From contig JAUPSS010000001.1 in the NCBI GenBank assembly GCA_040285825.1, positions 682,001-746,000 on the forward strand: a DNA stretch of 64,000 nt. Reading direction: 5' to 3'. The position numbers and the translations under genes are program-made. The DNA is from Eukaryota sp. TZLM1-RC (Eukaryota > Protista > Metamonada: BaSk clade). This document shows positions 61,406-64,000 of this stretch, piece by piece. Under the pieces are notes generated by a model. The model searched no databases and had not been told where the DNA came from. It saw only the letters and a list, made by a program, of their open reading frames with translations. Numbering within the stretch: the first letter of the stretch is position 1; each line of letters starts with the position of its first letter.

Positions 61406-64000
61406 TTAAACGACAATGCGAAGAGAAGGACGATTAGATGCTATTTGTTGAAGTCTGGATTTGGTTGAATTGCAAATGTTGTTGTACTGAAGACTCAATG
61501 TAGTCAGAGTGGAATTGCTCTCCAGAGCACGGGCGAGAGCACTAGCGCCTTCAGAGGTAATGTTGTTGTACTGAAGATTCAATTCAATCAGAGTGGAATT
61601 GCTCTCCAGAGCACGGGCGAGAGCACTAGCGCCTATAGAGGTAATGTTGTTGGACCAAAGATGCAATTCAATCAGAGTGGAATTGCTCTCCAGAGCACGG
61701 GCGAGAGCACTAGCGCCTTCAGAGGTAATTTTGTTGGACTCAAGATTCAATATAGTCAGAGAGGAATTGCTCTCCAGAGCACGGGCGAGAGCACTAGCGC
61801 CTTCAGAGGTAATTTTGTTGGACTCAAGATTCAATATAGTCAGAGAGGAATTGCTCTCCAGAGCACGGGCGAGAGCACTAGCGCCTATAGAGGTAATGTT
61901 GTTGCCCCCAAGATCCAATTCAGTCAGAGTGGAATTGCTCTCCAGAGCACGGGCGAGAGCACTAGCACCTTCAGAGGTAATGTTGTTGCCCCCAAGATCC
62001 AATTTAGTCAGAGTGGAATTGCTCTCCAGAGCACGGGCGAGAGCACTAGCACCTTCAGAGGTAATGTTGTTGCCCCCAAGATCCAATTTAGTCAGAGTGG
62101 AATTGCTCTCCAGAGCACGGGCGAGAGCACTAGCGCCTTCAGAGGTAATGTTGTTGCCCTCAAGATTCAATTCAGTCAGAGTGGAATTGCTCTCCAGAGC
62201 ACGGGCGAGAGCACTAGCGCCTTCAGAGGTAATGTTGTTGAGACGAAGACCCAATCTAGTCAGAGTGGAATTGTTCTCCAAAGCACGGGCGAGAGAACTA
62301 GCGCCTTCAGAGGTAATGTTGTTGGACTGAAGATGCAATATAGTCAGAGTGGAATTCCTCTCCAGAGCACGGGCGAGAGCACTAGCGCCTTCAGTGGTAA
62401 TGTTGTTGCTCACAAGATACAATTTAGTCAGAGTGGAATTCCTCTCCAGAGCACGGGCGAGAGCACTAACGCCTTCAGAGGTAATTTTGTTGCCCGAAAG
62501 ATACAATGTAGTCAGAGTGGAATTGCTCTCCAGAGCACGGGCGAGAGCACTAGCGTCTTCAGAGGTAATTTCGTTGTCCTGAAGATACAATTTAGTGATG
62601 GAACCATTAACCAAACCCTCAACACCCTTCTTCACCCTATCCCCCAAACCATTCCAATTTACATTCGACTTGATGTCTTCCAAAATTTCTTCCTTTGATG
62701 GAGGATGATGATCATCGATATTGTTCAAAGGTTGATTACAATGGCACTTTCTCAACAACGCTTCAAGGTCAGCAATTCTGCTTGCTAAGTCAGAATTAGT
62801 TCTACTGAGTAGAGTATTTTGCTTTTCCAATTCATCAATGGTAGATCTAAGGTTGGCAATTTCTGTATCTTTCTCAGCAATACCGGCTTTGCTGGCATTT
62901 AAAGCTTCTTCCATGGTGGCAATTCTAGCATCACGTTCTTCCAAAGAGTGACTGAGGTGTTGATTGGAGGCATTGATACCGGCCCTTTCTTCTTCCAACC
63001 GGGCAATTCTGGAATCCCGTTCTGTCAAATCGTTGGTGAGTTGTTGATTGGAAGCCTCCAAATCAGTAACATTCTTTCGTAGAGACTCGATTGTGGAGTT
63101 GGCAGATTGCAGTTGCGTTTGAACATCATTGTTAATATTAATAGGATTTTCATCACCTTCTTCAGCAAAGTCATCCAATTGATCCAAAACTAGAAGAACT
63201 TGAGCAATACTTGGTCTGGCAGCTGGATCTGAAGAGCAACATTGGGCGATTAATTCTTTGAGCACACTGGGAACATGTTCACCCAAAGCAAATGGTGTCT
63301 TAAAATACTTAGCTCCCATTATGGCAAGCTGATCCATATTGACAAATGGCCTATAATTACAAAGTAACTCACAAAGGATTATTCCAATTGCATAGATGTC
63401 TGAGGCAAGAGACAATTTGTTCTCAAACTGTTCCAAGGCTGCATACCGTGCTGTACATGATAGATTGGTAGCCGTGGAAGTCTTGGCAACAGTCCTGGAT
63501 GTTCCAAAATCGGCTAATTTGATTTGCCCATTGACAAAAAGAATGTTTTCGGGCTTGAGATCTCCGTGTGCAAGAAATTTGGAGTGCAGGAAACGGACTG
63601 CCTGGCAGATCTTCTTGGCAAACAAGAGACTTTGTTTACTCAACCTTGACGGCACTGGCAGAGAACCTTCAGCAAGTTCCATAATTATGGCAAGTCTGTC
63701 CATTAAGCTGACCAGACCAAAAACACGGAGGATAAAGGGATGATCAATCTTGGCCATGATACCAATCTCTTTCCTCAGTCGTTTCTTACCTTCTTCTGTG
63801 AGAGCAACAGTCTTGGCGGCGACGTCTGAATCAAACCAAGAAGCAGCAAACACCTGGGCATATCCTCCTTGACCAATCATGTGCAAAAGTTTGACCTGGT
63901 TAGAGGGAATGTGTACACAGAGGTCCTCCTTGCAAGAAGCTTTGGCTATATCGCGCAAACTGAGGTTGACTTCCGGTGACGGCAGGATATCTTCATTGCA
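61406..64000 (-). CDS. RING-kinase-coiled-coil-LRR protein with 14 LRRs (start lies beyond the window)
   Basis: Open frame, highly similar to 15576-17822 outside the LRRs. Confidence 0.9.
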   Translation of the reverse strand, partial: CNEDILPSPEVNLSLRDIAKASCKEDLCVHIPSNQVKLLHMIGQGGYAQVFAASWFDSDVAAKTVALTEEGKKRLRKEIGIMAKIDHPFILRVFGLVSLMDRLAIIMELAEGSLPVPSRLSKQSLLFAKKICQAVRFLHSKFLAHGDLKPENILFVNGQIKLADFGTSRTVAKTSTATNLSCTARYAALEQFENKLSLASDIYAIGIILCELLCNYRPFVNMDQLAIMGAKYFKTPFALGEHVPSVLKELIAQCCSSDPAARPSIAQVLLVLDQLDDFAEEGDENPININNDVQTQLQSANSTIESLRKNVTDLEASNQQLTNDLTERDSRIARLEEERAGINASNQHLSHSLEERDARIATMEEALNASKAGIAEKDTEIANLRSTIDELEKQNTLLSRTNSDLASRIADLEALLRKCHCNQPLNNIDDHHPPSKEEILEDIKSNVNWNGLGDRVKKGVEGLVNGSITKLYLQDNEITSEDASALARALESNSTLTTLYLSGNKITSEGVSALARALERNSTLTKLYLVSNNITTEGASALARALERNSTLTILHLQSNNITSEGASSLARALENNSTLTRLGLRLNNITSEGASALARALESNSTLTELNLEGNNITSEGASALARALESNSTLTKLDLGGNNITSEGASALARALESNSTLTKLDLGGNNITSEGASALARALESNSTLTELDLGGNNITSIGASALARALESNSSLTILNLESNKITSEGASALARALESNSSLTILNLESNKITSEGASALARALESNSTLIELHLWSNNITSIGASALARALESNSTLIELNLQYNNITSEGASALARALESNSTLTTLSLQYNNICNSTKSRLQQIASNRPSLRIVV

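Noticed and set aside
61476-62597. Classical diversity-generating retroelement
   Set aside because: The NNT/NNC/NNG pattern is suggestive, but many framework adenines and the third A of X1 are invariant, no template repeat is seen, and the RTs are non-LTR type.

Overview
AT-rich, apparently intron-free eukaryotic DNA, probably from a flagellated protist (inference). The window is a mosaic of recent segmental duplications. Host genes: three disrupted Piezo channel copies; a RING-kinase-coiled-coil-LRR family (one complete copy, one running off the window end, one 5'-truncated, two orphan LRR cassettes); a small RING/TRAF-zinc-finger gene; a bacterial-type YhfI-like metallo-beta-lactamase (2 copies); and a coiled-coil + microbial-type PARG + PBZ zinc-finger gene (one long copy, two fragments). 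Mobile DNA: at least four families of CRE-like non-LTR retrotransposons with a restriction-like endonuclease (here called A-D), nested in each other and in Piezo with 7-14 bp target-site duplications (TSDs); a tRNA-headed SINE-like element; a ~500 bp long-TIR element; and a Fanzor2/IS607-TnpB-like remnant. The most striking signal is the 84-nt LRR arrays. Their framework is nearly invariant, while about five exposed codons per repeat are hypervariable, almost only at codon positions 1-2. Every array is followed by the same tRNA-like element and a tail-to-tail retrotransposon 3' end, and one whole kinase-LRR gene lies inside a retro-composite bounded by a probable TSD. This is a candidate diversifying intracellular receptor system linked to retroelements. 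All assignments come from reading motifs by eye. Many frameshifts fall in homopolymers and may be sequencing errors.
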